Assembly (NCBI GenBank): GCA_945871065.1
Contig: CAMBUL010000005.1
Coordinates: forward strand, 1,011-65,010
DNA length: 64,000 nt
Direction: 5' to 3'
Source of the DNA: Chthoniobacter flavus
Lineage (GTDB): Bacteria > Verrucomicrobiota > Verrucomicrobiia > Chthoniobacterales > JACTMZ01
This document shows positions 27,728 through 38,648 of the stretch, in pieces (within the stretch, counting starts at the first letter, position 1; each line of letters opens with the position of its first letter). The notes under the pieces are model-generated. The model was not told the DNA's origin and made no database searches. It saw only the letters and a list, made by a program, of their open reading frames with translations. Position numbers and translations under genes: made by a program.

Positions 27728-28509
27728 ATCCGCCCCTGGTTATTGCGGGACGCACTTTTTCGTCACGTCTCCTCCTCGGCACAGGCAAGTTTGCCTCGAA
27801 CGAGCTCATGCGCGACACGCTCGAGGCCAGCGGCACGGAGATCGTCACCGTCGCACTGCGCCGGGCCGACTTGAGCGGCACCAGCGATCCTTTCGCCAAC
27901 ATTCTTGATTTCATCGATCCGGAAAAGTACCTCCTTCTCCCCAACACGAGCGGCGCCATGAACGCGGAGGAAGCGGTCCGCCTTGCCCGCCTCGCCGCCA
28001 CGGCCGGACTGCCCAAGTGGGTCAAACTCGAGATCCACCCCGACCCGCAGTATCTGCTGCCCGACCCGATTGAAACATTGCGCGCCACCGAAATCCTCGC
28101 TGCCGAAGGTTTCACCGTCCTCCCTTACATCAATGCCGACCCCGTCCTGGCCAAACGCCTCGAGGATGCCGGGGCCGCCACCGTCATGCCGCTCGGTTCG
28201 CCCATCGGGAGCAATCGCGGCCTCGAAACCCGCGCACAGATCGCCATCATCATCGAACAAGCCCGCGTCCCCGTCATCGTGGACGCCGGACTAGGCGCCC
28301 CAAGCCACGCGGCCGAAGCTCTCGAACTTGGCGCCGATGCCGTCCTGATCAACACCGCCATCGCCGTGGCCGAAGACCCGGTCGGCATGGCCCGCGCTTT
28401 CAGAATGGCGGTCGAGGCCGGCCGGATGGCCCGCCAAGCCGGGCTCCCCGCTCAGGAGGACACCGCCGTTCCGACTAGCCCGCTTACCTCCTTCCTCCGC
28501 CATGTTTAA
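27724..28509 (+). CDS. thiG: thiazole synthase ThiG
   Basis: 261 aa with [24 protein letters not shown] and [13 protein letters not shown]. The GTG start overlaps the upstream stop. Confidence 0.9.
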   Translation: MNPPLVIAGRTFSSRLLLGTGKFASNELMRDTLEASGTEIVTVALRRADLSGTSDPFANILDFIDPEKYLLLPNTSGAMNAEEAVRLARLAATAGLPKWVKLEIHPDPQYLLPDPIETLRATEILAAEGFTVLPYINADPVLAKRLEDAGAATVMPLGSPIGSNRGLETRAQIAIIIEQARVPVIVDAGLGAPSHAAEALELGADAVLINTAIAVAEDPVGMARAFRMAVEAGRMARQAGLPAQEDTAVPTSPLTSFLRHV

Positions 28510-30655
28510 GGCTTCTTCCCCGCCCGAGACAACGCTCTGCCCGGGGACCACCAGATCAAGCGCCAGCCATGGCCGCCGGGTTCTTGCCGCTCTTCTTTTT
28601 CCGTTTTTCCTCCTCACTTTTTCTTCCTCCGCCCAACTCTACCAAGGTCAAAAATTGGTCGAAGCCACCCTTTTGGCCGACACCACGGCGATTGTCCCCG
28701 GGCAAACCTTCCGGCTCGGCCTTCTTCTCCGCATGGCTCCCGGCTGGCACACTTACTGGGAAAATCCCGGTGACTCTGGCCTCGCCACCGAATTCGAACC
28801 GCAACTTCCCCCCGGCTTTACGGCCGGCCCCACCGGATGGCCGCTCCCGAAGCGCATCATCGAGCCCGGCGACATCCAAGTCTACGCCTACAAAGGCGAA
28901 GTCCTTCTCGTCCGCTCGATCACCACGCCGGCCGCCGTGGACGCCGCGGAAATCAGCATCCCGGTCAAAGCAACATGGTTGGTCTGCGAAGCAGTCTGCA
29001 TCCCGGGCAAAGCCGACCTGCAACTGACCCTCCCGGTGGCCTCTTCGGCCGAACCAGCCAACCCCGGGCTCTTCGCCAAATTCACCGCACAGCTTCCGTC
29101 CGCGGGCCAGCCACCTTTCGCCATGGCGTGGACCGCCACACCCACCGGTTGGAACCTCGGCCTGCGCGACACCGGTGCCGCGGCGCGGGCCGATTTCTTT
29201 CCTTACGCCGACGACAAACATCCGGTCGGCCACACGGCACCGCGCGATTTGGTCGCAGGCGCCGCCGACCTCGCCATTCCGGCCGCCGGCTCCCCGCCAG
29301 TGCGCGGCATCGTGGTGCTCGAAAACGGGGCACGCAGCGGCTGGGTCGTTGCGAGCGAAACGAACGCCCCCGCCGCAAAAGGCACACCTGCCACGCCCAA
29401 GACCGGCCTCTGGACCTACCTCCTCTTCGGCTTGATCGGTGGCTTCATCCTCAACCTCATGCCCTGCGTGCTGCCGGTCATCTCGCTGAAAATTTTCGGC
29501 TTCATGCGCCAAGCGGGAGATTCGCGCGCCAACATCCTCAAGCACGGCCTCGCCTTCACCGCCGGCATTTTCCTTTGGTTCCTCGGACTCGCCGCCGTCA
29601 TCATCGCCCTTAAGTCCGCCGGGAGCGAAGTCACCTGGGCCTTCCAATTCCAGAACCCGTGGTTCAATTATGTCATAGGAGCAGTCATCTTTGTTTTTGC
29701 CCTGAACCTCTTCGGCGTCTTCGAAATCGTCCTGCCCGGACGTGCCACCCAAGGCATGGCCGAAGCCGGCAGCCATGGCGGGTTGGCCGGTTCCTTTGCC
29801 CAAGGAATCCTCGCCACCCTACTGGCCACCCCCTGCACCGCACCCTTCCTCGGCACCGCGCTCGGCTTTGCCTTCAGCCAGACCTCCGCGGTCATTGCCG
29901 CCATGTTCGCTGCTATCGCGGCCGGGATGGCTTTCCCTTACCTCCTGCTCTCCGCGCAACCGGGCTGGATGCGATACCTGCCCAAACCCGGAGCCTGGAT
30001 GGAACGCCTCAAGCAGTTCATGGGCTTCCCCCTCCTCGCCACCTTGCTCTGGTTGCTTTACGTCGTCGGACAGCAACGCGGCACCGAGGCTGTCATCTGG
30101 GCTGCGGCCAGCTACCTTTGCCTCGGACTCGCCGCGTGGCTCTACGGCGCATTCCTCGGACCCGTCTCCTCAACCCGGGCCAAGACCCTCGCCACGCTGG
30201 GAATCCTGCTCTCACTCTTTCTCGGCCTCGGCTATTTCACCGGCAACCTCTTCGCCCGTTCCGCCGCCATGATGCCGGACAAATCCGCCGCCACACCAAC
30301 GGACGGCATCCCATGGGTCCCGTTCTCCGAAGCCGAACTGCAGCGTCTGCTTGCCGAGGGACGGCCCGTCTTCCTCGACTTCACGGCCGACTGGTGCATC
30401 ACCTGCAAGTTCAACCTACGCACCGCCATCGATACCAAAGCCGTGCGCGAGGCGTTCGAAAAGCTCGGCATCGTGCCCATGCTGGCCGACTGGACGAACA
30501 GCAACCCCGAGATCACCCGCAAGCTGGCACAATTTGACAGGGTCGGCGTTCCGTTCTACCTCTTCTATGCGCCCGGCAAAGCAGACGACCCGATCATCCT
30601 TCCGGAACTGCTCACCGAGCAAATCCTTCTCCGCGCCATCGGCGCACAACCCTGA
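28502..30655 (+). CDS. dsbD: thiol:disulfide interchange protein DsbD-like (N-terminal periplasmic domain, DsbD TM core, C-terminal thioredoxin)
   Basis: 717 aa. The TM core has [13 protein letters not shown] and [11 protein letters not shown], and the C-terminal thioredoxin has [11 protein letters not shown]. Confidence 0.8.
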   Translation: MFKASSPPETTLCPGTTRSSASHGRRVLAALLFPFFLLTFSSSAQLYQGQKLVEATLLADTTAIVPGQTFRLGLLLRMAPGWHTYWENPGDSGLATEFEPQLPPGFTAGPTGWPLPKRIIEPGDIQVYAYKGEVLLVRSITTPAAVDAAEISIPVKATWLVCEAVCIPGKADLQLTLPVASSAEPANPGLFAKFTAQLPSAGQPPFAMAWTATPTGWNLGLRDTGAAARADFFPYADDKHPVGHTAPRDLVAGAADLAIPAAGSPPVRGIVVLENGARSGWVVASETNAPAAKGTPATPKTGLWTYLLFGLIGGFILNLMPCVLPVISLKIFGFMRQAGDSRANILKHGLAFTAGIFLWFLGLAAVIIALKSAGSEVTWAFQFQNPWFNYVIGAVIFVFALNLFGVFEIVLPGRATQGMAEAGSHGGLAGSFAQGILATLLATPCTAPFLGTALGFAFSQTSAVIAAMFAAIAAGMAFPYLLLSAQPGWMRYLPKPGAWMERLKQFMGFPLLATLLWLLYVVGQQRGTEAVIWAAASYLCLGLAAWLYGAFLGPVSSTRAKTLATLGILLSLFLGLGYFTGNLFARSAAMMPDKSAATPTDGIPWVPFSEAELQRLLAEGRPVFLDFTADWCITCKFNLRTAIDTKAVREAFEKLGIVPMLADWTNSNPEITRKLAQFDRVGVPFYLFYAPGKADDPIILPELLTEQILLRAIGAQP

Positions 30656-30665
30656 AACAACAACC

Positions 30666-31268
30666 ATGAATATCATCATTAAAACCACCGTCGCCCTCGC
30701 CGTCGCCGCCGGCACGGGCCTCGCCGCGCCGGAAGTCGGACAACCCGCCCCCGCATTCACCCTCACCGATTCCAACGGCCAATCCCACAACCTCGCGGAC
30801 TTCAAAGGCAAGTTCGTCGTCCTCGAGTGGCTCAACCACGGCTGCCCCTTCGTCAAGAAGCACTATGACAGCAATAGCATGCAGAAATTGCAGAAGCAAT
30901 ACACCGGCAAGGACGTTGTCTGGCTTTCCATCGTCTCCTCCGCTCCCGGTAAACAAGGCCACATGAGCCCCGCCGAAACGAACCAAGCGAAAGAAGAAAA
31001 AGGTTCCGCCGCCACTGCAGTCCTCCTCGACGAGGATGGCACGGTCGGCCAACTCTACGGCGCCAGGGTCACACCCGAACTTTACGTCATCAACCCCGAG
31101 GGCGATCTCATCTACTCCGGAGCGATCGACGACAAGAAGTCCGTGGACCCCGCCGACGTTGAAGGCGCCACGAACTACGTCAAACAAGCCTTGGACGAAG
31201 CCTTGGCTGGCCAGCCCGTCTCGACCCCGAAAACCGAACCCTACGGCTGCTCGGTCAAATACAATTGA
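30666..31268 (+). CDS. thioredoxin-fold redoxin / peroxiredoxin-like protein
   Basis: The internal ATG at 30666 gives a signal peptide (MNIIIKTTVALAVAAGTGLAAP). AhpC/TSA-like GQPAPAFTLTDSNGQSHNLADFKGKFVVLEWLNHGCPFV follows. Confidence 0.75.
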   Translation: MNIIIKTTVALAVAAGTGLAAPEVGQPAPAFTLTDSNGQSHNLADFKGKFVVLEWLNHGCPFVKKHYDSNSMQKLQKQYTGKDVVWLSIVSSAPGKQGHMSPAETNQAKEEKGSAATAVLLDEDGTVGQLYGARVTPELYVINPEGDLIYSGAIDDKKSVDPADVEGATNYVKQALDEALAGQPVSTPKTEPYGCSVKYN

Positions 31269-31308
31269 TCGTCACTGCCTCCCCCCGCACCAGCAGGTGG
31301 CGGTCAGC

Positions 31309-32436
31309 TCAGGGCGCGGGAACAGCGGCCGGAGTCAACTGCAAGATGGTCCGGTCCGGACGGACTGCTTCATGGATGGCCACCGGCTTGGCCGGAACGC
31401 GGCTGTCCGGCGCATAAGCAATCCGGCCCGTCACCCCCGCCAAAGCTCGACCGTTCTGCACGCGGTTCGTCAATTTGCCATCCGTGCCCTGCAGGGCCGC
31501 GATGAGCAAACGAGTCGCATCGTAACCCAAGCCGGAAAATGCCCCGGGCACTCCGCCCCGGAAGGCGCGGCGGAAATCGGAGAGCACAGCCGGCCCGGCC
31601 GCCCCCGGCCCCGTCGCGGGAAACGCGTGCGTGGTGAAAAAGACATTACGAGCAAGCGCGTTGCCGCGCCACGCGGAAGGATTGTCATAGCCGTCGCCAC
31701 CGACCACCGGACCGCGGAATCCCGCCGCACGGAGCTTGGCAATGACCGTCTGTGCATCGGAGGCGGTTTCCATCGAAAGAAAGACTGCATCATTGCCGGC
31801 CAAACCGCTCGGCAGCTCAAGTTCGCCGTTTGGACGAACGGCGACCACGTCCGTGATTGTGCCCCCGCGGTTTTCGAACGCAGCGGAGAAGTAGCGTTGG
31901 AGCAGACGCGTGTAAATGCGGCGCGGTTCGTAGAGCACAGCCACCCGACGGGCACCCTTGTGGTGCCACAGCCACTCGGCCGCGGCGGCGGCCTGCACGT
32001 TGTCGCCGAAACACGCCAGAAAGAACCCCCCGCCGACCTGCTTGGGTAACAACGGCGAGGTGGCACCCGAGGTGATGAAAACTTTTTTCGCGCGGCGTGC
32101 TTCCCGGCCGGCCGCGAGGGCCAGCCCGGAATCCGACAGTCCAACAAACCCCGCCACGTCGGGAAACTTGTCGACGATCATCCGCACCGAGGCCGCGACC
32201 GACTCGGCGCTGCTCGCGGTGGGAAGATGGATCAATTCGACCTTTCTTCCGCCTATGCCGCCAGAACGGTTGCAGAGGGCCACGGCTGTGCGGGCACCGG
32301 CAAGGGACGGCAGATCGAGGGGGGCCAGTTCGCCCGAGTCGCAATAAATCGCCCCGATGCGGATGGGCTCCCCCGCAGCCAAAGAAGACACTGCCGCCAG
32401 CAATGCGGCTCCAATGGAAAAGAGTTTGATCATCAT
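31309..32436 (-). CDS. ABC transporter periplasmic substrate-binding protein (LivK/branched-chain amino acid type)
   Basis: 375 aa with a signal peptide and a type-I periplasmic binding fold (IRIGAIYCDSGELAPLDLPSLAGARTAVALCN...). Confidence 0.7.
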   Translation of the reverse strand: MMIKLFSIGAALLAAVSSLAAGEPIRIGAIYCDSGELAPLDLPSLAGARTAVALCNRSGGIGGRKVELIHLPTASSAESVAASVRMIVDKFPDVAGFVGLSDSGLALAAGREARRAKKVFITSGATSPLLPKQVGGGFFLACFGDNVQAAAAAEWLWHHKGARRVAVLYEPRRIYTRLLQRYFSAAFENRGGTITDVVAVRPNGELELPSGLAGNDAVFLSMETASDAQTVIAKLRAAGFRGPVVGGDGYDNPSAWRGNALARNVFFTTHAFPATGPGAAGPAVLSDFRRAFRGGVPGAFSGLGYDATRLLIAALQGTDGKLTNRVQNGRALAGVTGRIAYAPDSRVPAKPVAIHEAVRPDRTILQLTPAAVPAP

Positions 32437-32550
32437 GCCGCGGGGAGTTTAGCGCCCACCCTTCGCAGGGCAAGCAAGGGTACCGGCGCCGCATTCGCCC
32501 TGCCTGCCCGGCAGAGACTCGGCCACCACGGCAAACCCCGCAACCGCCGG

Positions 32551-33279
32551 TTACAAGCCCTCTTTGCCGAGGATTTCGAGGTAGGAGCGCTGGAGCGGTC
32601 GCGAGGCATTATCCGGCGCAAAACTTTCGATGCGCATTTGTTTGAGCATCCACCGACCGTCAATGCGCTGGCCGGATACCACCTCGAAACGGCGCGAGAG
32701 GTGTCCTTGCCAGTCAAAGCCTTCGATGCGCAGCAGCGCACCGCTTGCCTCGTCGAGCCAAACGCGGACGATGGCGAATTCCGATCCTCGTTTGCGCGGA
32801 CGGAGTTCAATTTTCCAGGCAGGCCGCGTGCGGACCGTTTCCTTCCCGAGTAGTCGTGCGTCGGGCCAGTAAAGGAACCCCAACGAAAGATCCTCCACCG
32901 TGACACGGGTGCCCTCTGCCACCGGCTCGCGCATGCCGCGTTGCAAGGGACGGCCTTGGGCATCGAAAACCCCGGAGGTTTCTTCATCCAGCCGCACTTC
33001 ATAAACGCGGGACGGATTCTCGAAGGCGAAACGCATGCGGCCGAAGTCGACCGTCAGCGTAAAAGGCGTGGCATCGGCACCACGGCGCAACCTGCCGCTC
33101 ACCACGGCCTCCTGTTGCGTGGAGGCCAGACGCGCGACCTTGAGCAGGTCTTGCGGATCGGGGCCGTCCGCAGCCGCAATACGGAAGGACGCCATAAGGA
33201 GCAAAACCGCCGCGACCAGAACGGCTCCCGAGCCCCTGCCCTCGACTTGCCGCTCTGAACTCTTCCTGCCTTGTTTCAT
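32551..33279 (-). CDS. putative outer-membrane lipoprotein-sorting (LolA-fold) protein
   Basis: 242 aa with an N-terminal hydrophobic segment. The beta-rich sequence resembles LolA-fold sorting proteins, but the call is low-confidence and by eye. Confidence 0.4.
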   Translation of the reverse strand: MKQGRKSSERQVEGRGSGAVLVAAVLLLMASFRIAAADGPDPQDLLKVARLASTQQEAVVSGRLRRGADATPFTLTVDFGRMRFAFENPSRVYEVRLDEETSGVFDAQGRPLQRGMREPVAEGTRVTVEDLSLGFLYWPDARLLGKETVRTRPAWKIELRPRKRGSEFAIVRVWLDEASGALLRIEGFDWQGHLSRRFEVVSGQRIDGRWMLKQMRIESFAPDNASRPLQRSYLEILGKEGL

Positions 33280-33969
33280 CGGTTTCTTCGTCGGACACTA
33301 CCACATGTGGCACCCAGTCTCGACCAGCAACTGTTTTTTCTGCTTAACGCGGACCGCGGGCGCCCCTGGGCAGACACCCTTTGGGCCGTCTTTTCCAGCT
33401 TGGACTTTTGGCTGCCACTGCTCCTTGTCGCCGGGCTGCTCCTCGTCTGGCGCGGCGGCTTTCGGGGGCGCGCCATGCTCGCTTGCCTGCTTCTTTCCAT
33501 CGGAATCATGGAAGGCGGTATGATCAACCCGCTAAAAAAAATCATCTCGAAACAACGCCCCTCCCACGTTCTGTCCGAGGCGCGCGTAGTCAAACTGGAG
33601 GAAACCACGCCACGCTGGCTGGCGGCCATCCGACCGCCCGTCGTCCGCGCCGGCAATCCCGCGGAAGCCCCCGCCGTCGGCAAGTCCCTGCCTTCGGGAC
33701 ACACCTCGAACATGTTTTGCTTCGCCACGGTGCTGGCCGTCTTCTACCGCTGGCGCGGTGCGTTGTTCTTTGTCCCCGCGACCCTCGTCGCCCTCTCGCG
33801 CGTCGCCACTGGGTCACACTGGCCTTCCGACATTTTGCTCTCCGCCGCCGGATCGGTTGTTGTGACGCTCATCCTTCTCGCCCTTTACAACCGGTTGTGG
33901 CGCACCCTGGCTCCGCGTTTGGTCCCCACGCTGGCCGCCCGCCACCCTCGCCTCACCGCCCCCGCATGA
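33271..33969 (+). CDS. PAP2-family lipid phosphatase
   Basis: All three PAP2 motifs are present: KKIISKQRP, PSGHTS and SRVATGSHWPSD. The protein is polytopic. Confidence 0.8.
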   Translation: MFHRFLRRTLPHVAPSLDQQLFFLLNADRGRPWADTLWAVFSSLDFWLPLLLVAGLLLVWRGGFRGRAMLACLLLSIGIMEGGMINPLKKIISKQRPSHVLSEARVVKLEETTPRWLAAIRPPVVRAGNPAEAPAVGKSLPSGHTSNMFCFATVLAVFYRWRGALFFVPATLVALSRVATGSHWPSDILLSAAGSVVVTLILLALYNRLWRTLAPRLVPTLAARHPRLTAPA

Positions 33970-35450
33970 AAACCCGCGGCCTGCTTTTACTCTCGCTGGC
34001 TTTGCTCACTTTGCTGCGCTGGACGTGGCTGGCCCCGCAAGAACTTCCACCCTCCGGAGCCTATCTGGCATTGTGCGGTCACTCCCCCTCTGTCGCTTAT
34101 TTCGATGGCCCGGGCGCCACCGCCGTGGGCGTCGCTCTCGGCACACGGTGGGCCGGGGCAAGCGCGCTGGGTGCGGCACTGCTTTGGCCGGTCTTCGCCG
34201 CGCTGGCCACCCTGGCCATGTACCTTCTGGTCGCTCCACTCATGGGACGGCCGGGGGCAGCGGCTGCCGCGGTCTTGCTTAATCTCTTGCCCGCTTTCAA
34301 TGCGGCGGCGTTGTACCCAACGTGTGCCATGCCTGTGACCATGTTCGCGCTCGGCTTTGCCGCCTGCGCCTGGCGGGCTCTTGAGACTTCCGCCATCCGA
34401 TGGTGGTTGGGGGTGGGAACGTGTGCCGCCGGTGGTCTGCTCTTCGGTTACCTCGCTTCGTTCTTTCTGCCGGCCTTGGCCGTAATCATGCTCGCCTCGC
34501 ATCGCTGGCGCCCCCAATTCCTCGAACCCGGTTTCTGGCTCGCCCTCATTTTGCCTCTCGCCGTCCTCGCCTCGTTGATCGTTTGGAATATGGAACATGG
34601 ATGGGTCCATTTCATCGGCGGCACTTGGCAAACCGCCACCACGCTCGACCTTCGGCGCGTGCCTCAAGCTCTTGCCTCAGCGGCCTTCGGCGCCTCGCCT
34701 TTCGTACTGCCAGCCCTCGCGGTCGGTCTGTGGTTTGCCCTCAGGCACCTGCCTCACGCCCGTCCCGGAAAATTCCTCGCCTTGCCCGCTTTCTTGGCCG
34801 CTCTCATCGCCGCATACCTTGCCCTCCAAGGTTCTCCCGCGGAGGCTGCCGGTCTGGTGGCCACCGCGCTGGCTATTCCCCTCGTGGTGCGTCTGCCGGC
34901 GCCGCCTGCCGTGGTTGCCGTCCTCTTCTTCGGCGCCGCGCTGTGGACCGCTGGAGGACTCGCGCTGAGGCAACCCTCTCCCCCAGCCGTGACGGCCGGG
35001 GTGGTTCGCGAAATCGAGGCTCTGCGCACCGCCGGGACAACCGATCCCGCCGCCCCCGTCTTTCTCGTCGCACGCGACGCCGCTCTCGCCTCGGCACTGG
35101 CCCTGTATTTGCCCGACACCTCGTTCGTCCCGGCCGGGCACCCTCCTGTCTATGTCGTCGAATCGCCCTATGCGGACAGCCAATTCGCCCTCTGGCCGAA
35201 GTATGACCAATTCGTAGAGGCACCGCAACCGGGGGTCGAGGCGGCCCAGGATCCTTTCACCGAGCAGGACGGAATCAATCCCTTTCTGTGGCGCTCTGCG
35301 CTCTACGTCACGCCGCAAAAGGCCGAAGACCTTCCCCAGGCCATCACTGCGGCTTTCGCCAACAACCGGCTCCTTGCCGAGATCACCACCCCTTCGGGCC
35401 AGATCCTGCGGGTTTATCTCTGCTCGGAATACGAGACAATGCCATTGTAA
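33966..35450 (+). CDS. ArnT/PMT-like (GT39/GT83-type) GT-C membrane glycosyltransferase
   Basis: The ATG at 33966 overlaps the PAP2 stop (ATGA), so the ORF-track extension to 33381 is rejected. About 12 TM segments plus a C-terminal soluble domain. The first-loop region ELPPSGAYLALCGHSPSVAYFDGPG resembles the DEAYY...GYFDHPP region, but with SG in place of DE. Confidence 0.6.
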   Translation: MKTRGLLLLSLALLTLLRWTWLAPQELPPSGAYLALCGHSPSVAYFDGPGATAVGVALGTRWAGASALGAALLWPVFAALATLAMYLLVAPLMGRPGAAAAAVLLNLLPAFNAAALYPTCAMPVTMFALGFAACAWRALETSAIRWWLGVGTCAAGGLLFGYLASFFLPALAVIMLASHRWRPQFLEPGFWLALILPLAVLASLIVWNMEHGWVHFIGGTWQTATTLDLRRVPQALASAAFGASPFVLPALAVGLWFALRHLPHARPGKFLALPAFLAALIAAYLALQGSPAEAAGLVATALAIPLVVRLPAPPAVVAVLFFGAALWTAGGLALRQPSPPAVTAGVVREIEALRTAGTTDPAAPVFLVARDAALASALALYLPDTSFVPAGHPPVYVVESPYADSQFALWPKYDQFVEAPQPGVEAAQDPFTEQDGINPFLWRSALYVTPQKAEDLPQAITAAFANNRLLAEITTPSGQILRVYLCSEYETMPL

Positions 35451-35491
35451 GCGTGACGATGCCGCCCCCAGCCGGTAGTAGTTTCCCTCCC

Positions 35492-37084
35492 ATGTCCAAG
35501 CCCAAAGTTCTCGTTTCCGACCCCATTTCGCAAACCGGCGTCGACGCCCTGGCGGAGGGCGGTCTTCTCGATGTCACCTTTTCACCCGGTCTGCCGCACG
35601 AGGAACTGCTCAAAATTATCCCGGAATTTTCCGCCCTTGTCGTCCGCAGCCAGACCAAGGTCGGGGCTGACGTCATCGCCGCGGCGAAAAACCTTAAAGC
35701 TATCGGCCGCGCCGGGGTCGGGGTGGACAATGTGGACGTCGACGCCGCCACGCAGCGCGGCATCGTCGTGATGAACACCCCGGGCGGAAACACGGTCTCC
35801 ACTGCGGAACACGCCTTTTCCCTCCTCGTTTCTGTCGCCCGCAAGATTCCGCAGGCCGATGCCAGCGTGAAGTCCGGCAAGTGGGATCGTAAAAGTTTTC
35901 AAGGCGTCGAACTCAACGGCAAGACACTGGCCATCCTTGGCATGGGCCGCATCGGCGCCGAAGTGGCCAAACGCGCCCTCGCCTTCGGGATGCGCGTGCT
36001 CGCTTATGACCCCTACCTCTCCGCGGCGCGCGCCAAAACCCTGCAGGTCGAATTGGTCGAAAACCTCGAGGACGCCCTCCCGCAGTCCGATTTCGTCACC
36101 ATGCACATGCCGCTGACCGACGAAACCCGCCACATGCTCGACGCCAAGCGTCTCGCCCTCCTCAAAAAGGGCGCCCGCATTGTCAACTGCGCGCGCGGCG
36201 GGCTGATCGACGAGCAGGCGCTGGCCGAATCCCTTGCCTCCGGCCACGTCGCCGGCGCGGCGATCGACGTCTTCGAGCAGGAGCCTCCCGACGCGGCCAA
36301 TCCGCTGCGCAACGCGCCCAACATCGTCTTTACTCCTCACCTCGGGGCCTCCACCGCGGAAGCCCAGGAAAGCGTGGGCATCGAAATAGCACACGCCATC
36401 CGCGCCGCGCTCCTCGATGGTACAATCAACAACGCAGTCAATGCCCCGAGCGTCGACGCCAAAACACTCGCCGTACTCGGACCCTACTTGCGGCTGGGCG
36501 AAAAACTCGGACGCTTCGTGGCCCAGATCGCGCCGAAACGCTGCGGTACCCTGCGCATCGTTTACAGCGGCAAAGCCCGCGACCTCGACACAACCCCGAT
36601 CACCCGTTCCGTACTCAAAGGATTCCTCGCCAACATCAGCGGCGATGAGGTCAACGAGATCAATGCGCCGGGACTAGCACACAACCTCGGCCTCCAAGTC
36701 GTGGAGTCACGGGTCAGCGACAGCGCGGAATTCAGCGATTTGATTGAGGTCACCGCCGAGGATGGCAACCATCGCGCGGCGGCTGCCGGCACCTTCTTCG
36801 GGCAAAAACCGCGCGTGGTCGTCATCAACGGCCGCCACGTCGAGGCCCAACCCGAAGGCGTTCTCCTCCTCCTCGAAAACAAAGACCGTCCGGGTATCGT
36901 CGGCCATATCGGCACGCTCCTCGGCAAACATCAGGTCAATATCGCAAGCATGTCGCTCGGGCGTGACCAGGCAGGCGGCACCGCCCTCACCGTCCTCAAC
37001 CTCGACTCCGCGCCCGACGAGAACGTGATGAAAGATCTCCTCTCCGACCCCGATATCGTCAGCGCGCGGATCCTCAAACTCTGA
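35492..37084 (+). CDS. serA: D-3-phosphoglycerate dehydrogenase (long form with ASB and ACT domains)
   Basis: The internal ATG at 35492 gives MSKPKVLVSDPIS. GMGRIGAEVAKRA NAD-binding site, catalytic region RGGLIDEQAL...HLGAST, and a C-terminal ACT domain. Confidence 0.9.
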   Translation: MSKPKVLVSDPISQTGVDALAEGGLLDVTFSPGLPHEELLKIIPEFSALVVRSQTKVGADVIAAAKNLKAIGRAGVGVDNVDVDAATQRGIVVMNTPGGNTVSTAEHAFSLLVSVARKIPQADASVKSGKWDRKSFQGVELNGKTLAILGMGRIGAEVAKRALAFGMRVLAYDPYLSAARAKTLQVELVENLEDALPQSDFVTMHMPLTDETRHMLDAKRLALLKKGARIVNCARGGLIDEQALAESLASGHVAGAAIDVFEQEPPDAANPLRNAPNIVFTPHLGASTAEAQESVGIEIAHAIRAALLDGTINNAVNAPSVDAKTLAVLGPYLRLGEKLGRFVAQIAPKRCGTLRIVYSGKARDLDTTPITRSVLKGFLANISGDEVNEINAPGLAHNLGLQVVESRVSDSAEFSDLIEVTAEDGNHRAAAAGTFFGQKPRVVVINGRHVEAQPEGVLLLLENKDRPGIVGHIGTLLGKHQVNIASMSLGRDQAGGTALTVLNLDSAPDENVMKDLLSDPDIVSARILKL

Positions 37085-37257
37085 TCCGGGCGGCGACCTG
37101 AGCTAAACGCCAGCGGGGAGCCTCTGCCCTGCGATGACCTGCGGGTTCCTTCCGCTTCCGAACGCGCTCTGGTGAAAGAGCACACCGCCGACCCCGCTAG
37201 CCCTCGGGGCTGGCCTGTCATCCGCCGTGTGCTGAGCTTGACCGACTTTTTACGGTC

Positions 37258-38532
37258 TCAGGTTTCAAGGTTCGTCTTCACTTCCTCCGCTGCCCGCCGC
37301 CCGCTGTCGATCGCACCGTGCACCGTGCCGCTGTGGCCCCCAAGATCCGTCGCCTCACCGGCAAAGAACAGCCTCCTACCGAGCGGCGCCGCCAGGGCCT
37401 CGCGGTGACGCGGTTCCGTGTGCGCCAACGGAAAGCTGTAGAGTCCGCGCACATACGGCTCCGCCGTCCAGTCCTCCACATGAGCGTCCAGGCAATGATC
37501 CGAGGCAATGCGCCCGCCAAAAATACGGTCCAATTCCCCGAGGGCAAACTCCACCCGGTCCACTTCAAGCTGACGCAGAAAATCGGCCCGTGCGCCACTG
37601 ACAAAGGTCGTGAGCACATGCGCCCGGCCCCCGCGCCCCTTCCCCGGCGTCCAAAACTGCGGCCAAAAAGTGTCAGCGTGTAAAAAATACATATCCTCGG
37701 GCCAGAAGCGGTGGTCGAATTTCAGGACAATCTTCATTCCCCCATCCATTCCGATGCTGGCGACCGCTTCACGCTTCTCGGGGGGAAGGACCGGGAAGAA
37801 TTCCGGCGGCGTATCGCGCAGCACCGCGACCGAACCGGTGTAGATCACCGCGTCGGCTCGCAAATCCTCCCCTCCGGCCAACCGGACCAAGGCCTGCGGA
37901 CCGCCCCACTCGATGCGCGCCACGACGGCGCCGAAGCGGATCCGGTCGCGCACTTGATCAAGGAGCGGGTCGAGTAGTCGCACGTATGGCTGGCGCACCG
38001 TGTAATTTTCCTCGCGCGATTGCCAATTCGGCTCGTATCCGGCAAACCCACGCATCCCGAGACGATCCAGGGTCGTCCCATGCTCCACCCCGAGCCGCGA
38101 ATCGAGGTAATGCCAGGCGCGGCCCGGCACGTGCCGTGCCACCAAGCATTGTTCAACGGTCCAGGCCGGCCCGGAAAAGTTGCTTACCTTGGCAATGAAG
38201 TCGAACGCCTCGCGAAGGTCCTCTCCGGCCCGCGCCTCTCCTAGGGAGACAAGCTTTCCGTCATAGCGGATGTAGTCGTGCGCCGTCTCATGCCGGATCA
38301 AGTCCGCACCGGACGCCTCGACCAAAGGCACGAGGCAATTTTCCAGCCCGTGCACTTCTTCGGCCCCCAGCTCGATGTCGAAATCGGCAAAGCCCTCGAG
38401 ATGGCGAATCCGGCCACCCACGCGACCGCTGGCCTCGAGCACCGTGACCTCCAAACCGTCGGAAACCAGACGCTCCGCCGCGGCCAACCCCGCGGCTCCG
38501 GCGCCAATAACAATCACAGATCGGACACTCAT
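37258..38532 (-). CDS. flavin-containing amine oxidase family protein
   Basis: VIVIGAGAAGLAAAERLVSDGLEVTVLEASGRVGGR and C-terminal FFAGEAT motifs. Confidence 0.75.
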   Translation of the reverse strand: MSVRSVIVIGAGAAGLAAAERLVSDGLEVTVLEASGRVGGRIRHLEGFADFDIELGAEEVHGLENCLVPLVEASGADLIRHETAHDYIRYDGKLVSLGEARAGEDLREAFDFIAKVSNFSGPAWTVEQCLVARHVPGRAWHYLDSRLGVEHGTTLDRLGMRGFAGYEPNWQSREENYTVRQPYVRLLDPLLDQVRDRIRFGAVVARIEWGGPQALVRLAGGEDLRADAVIYTGSVAVLRDTPPEFFPVLPPEKREAVASIGMDGGMKIVLKFDHRFWPEDMYFLHADTFWPQFWTPGKGRGGRAHVLTTFVSGARADFLRQLEVDRVEFALGELDRIFGGRIASDHCLDAHVEDWTAEPYVRGLYSFPLAHTEPRHREALAAPLGRRLFFAGEATDLGGHSGTVHGAIDSGRRAAEEVKTNLET

Positions 38533-38648
38533 GCACAGTCCCTCGGACCGGACCTTCTGCCAACAAATCTGGCGGACGGCAGGAGGGCAAACACATTCGT
38601 GACGATTGTGCTTCCCAAGAGTAGATCTCTTCTGTTCAGTGCCGCCCG

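Noticed and set aside
27650-27730. A TPP riboswitch upstream of thiG.
   Set aside because: The thiG start overlaps the stop of the chagasin-like gene, so there is no leader, and no THI-box-like sequence was seen in the preceding coding sequence.
33381-33965. N-terminal extensions offered by the ORF track: 33381 for the ArnT-like gene, 10877 for the KS-like gene, 8384 for the LolA-like gene, 30351 for the redoxin, 35288 for serA, and 23349 for the epimerase-family gene.
   Set aside because: The extensions overlap the upstream gene in another frame and read as Arg/Pro-rich nonsense. Internal starts give signal peptides or canonical N-termini and ATGA/GTGA-type coupling with the upstream stop.
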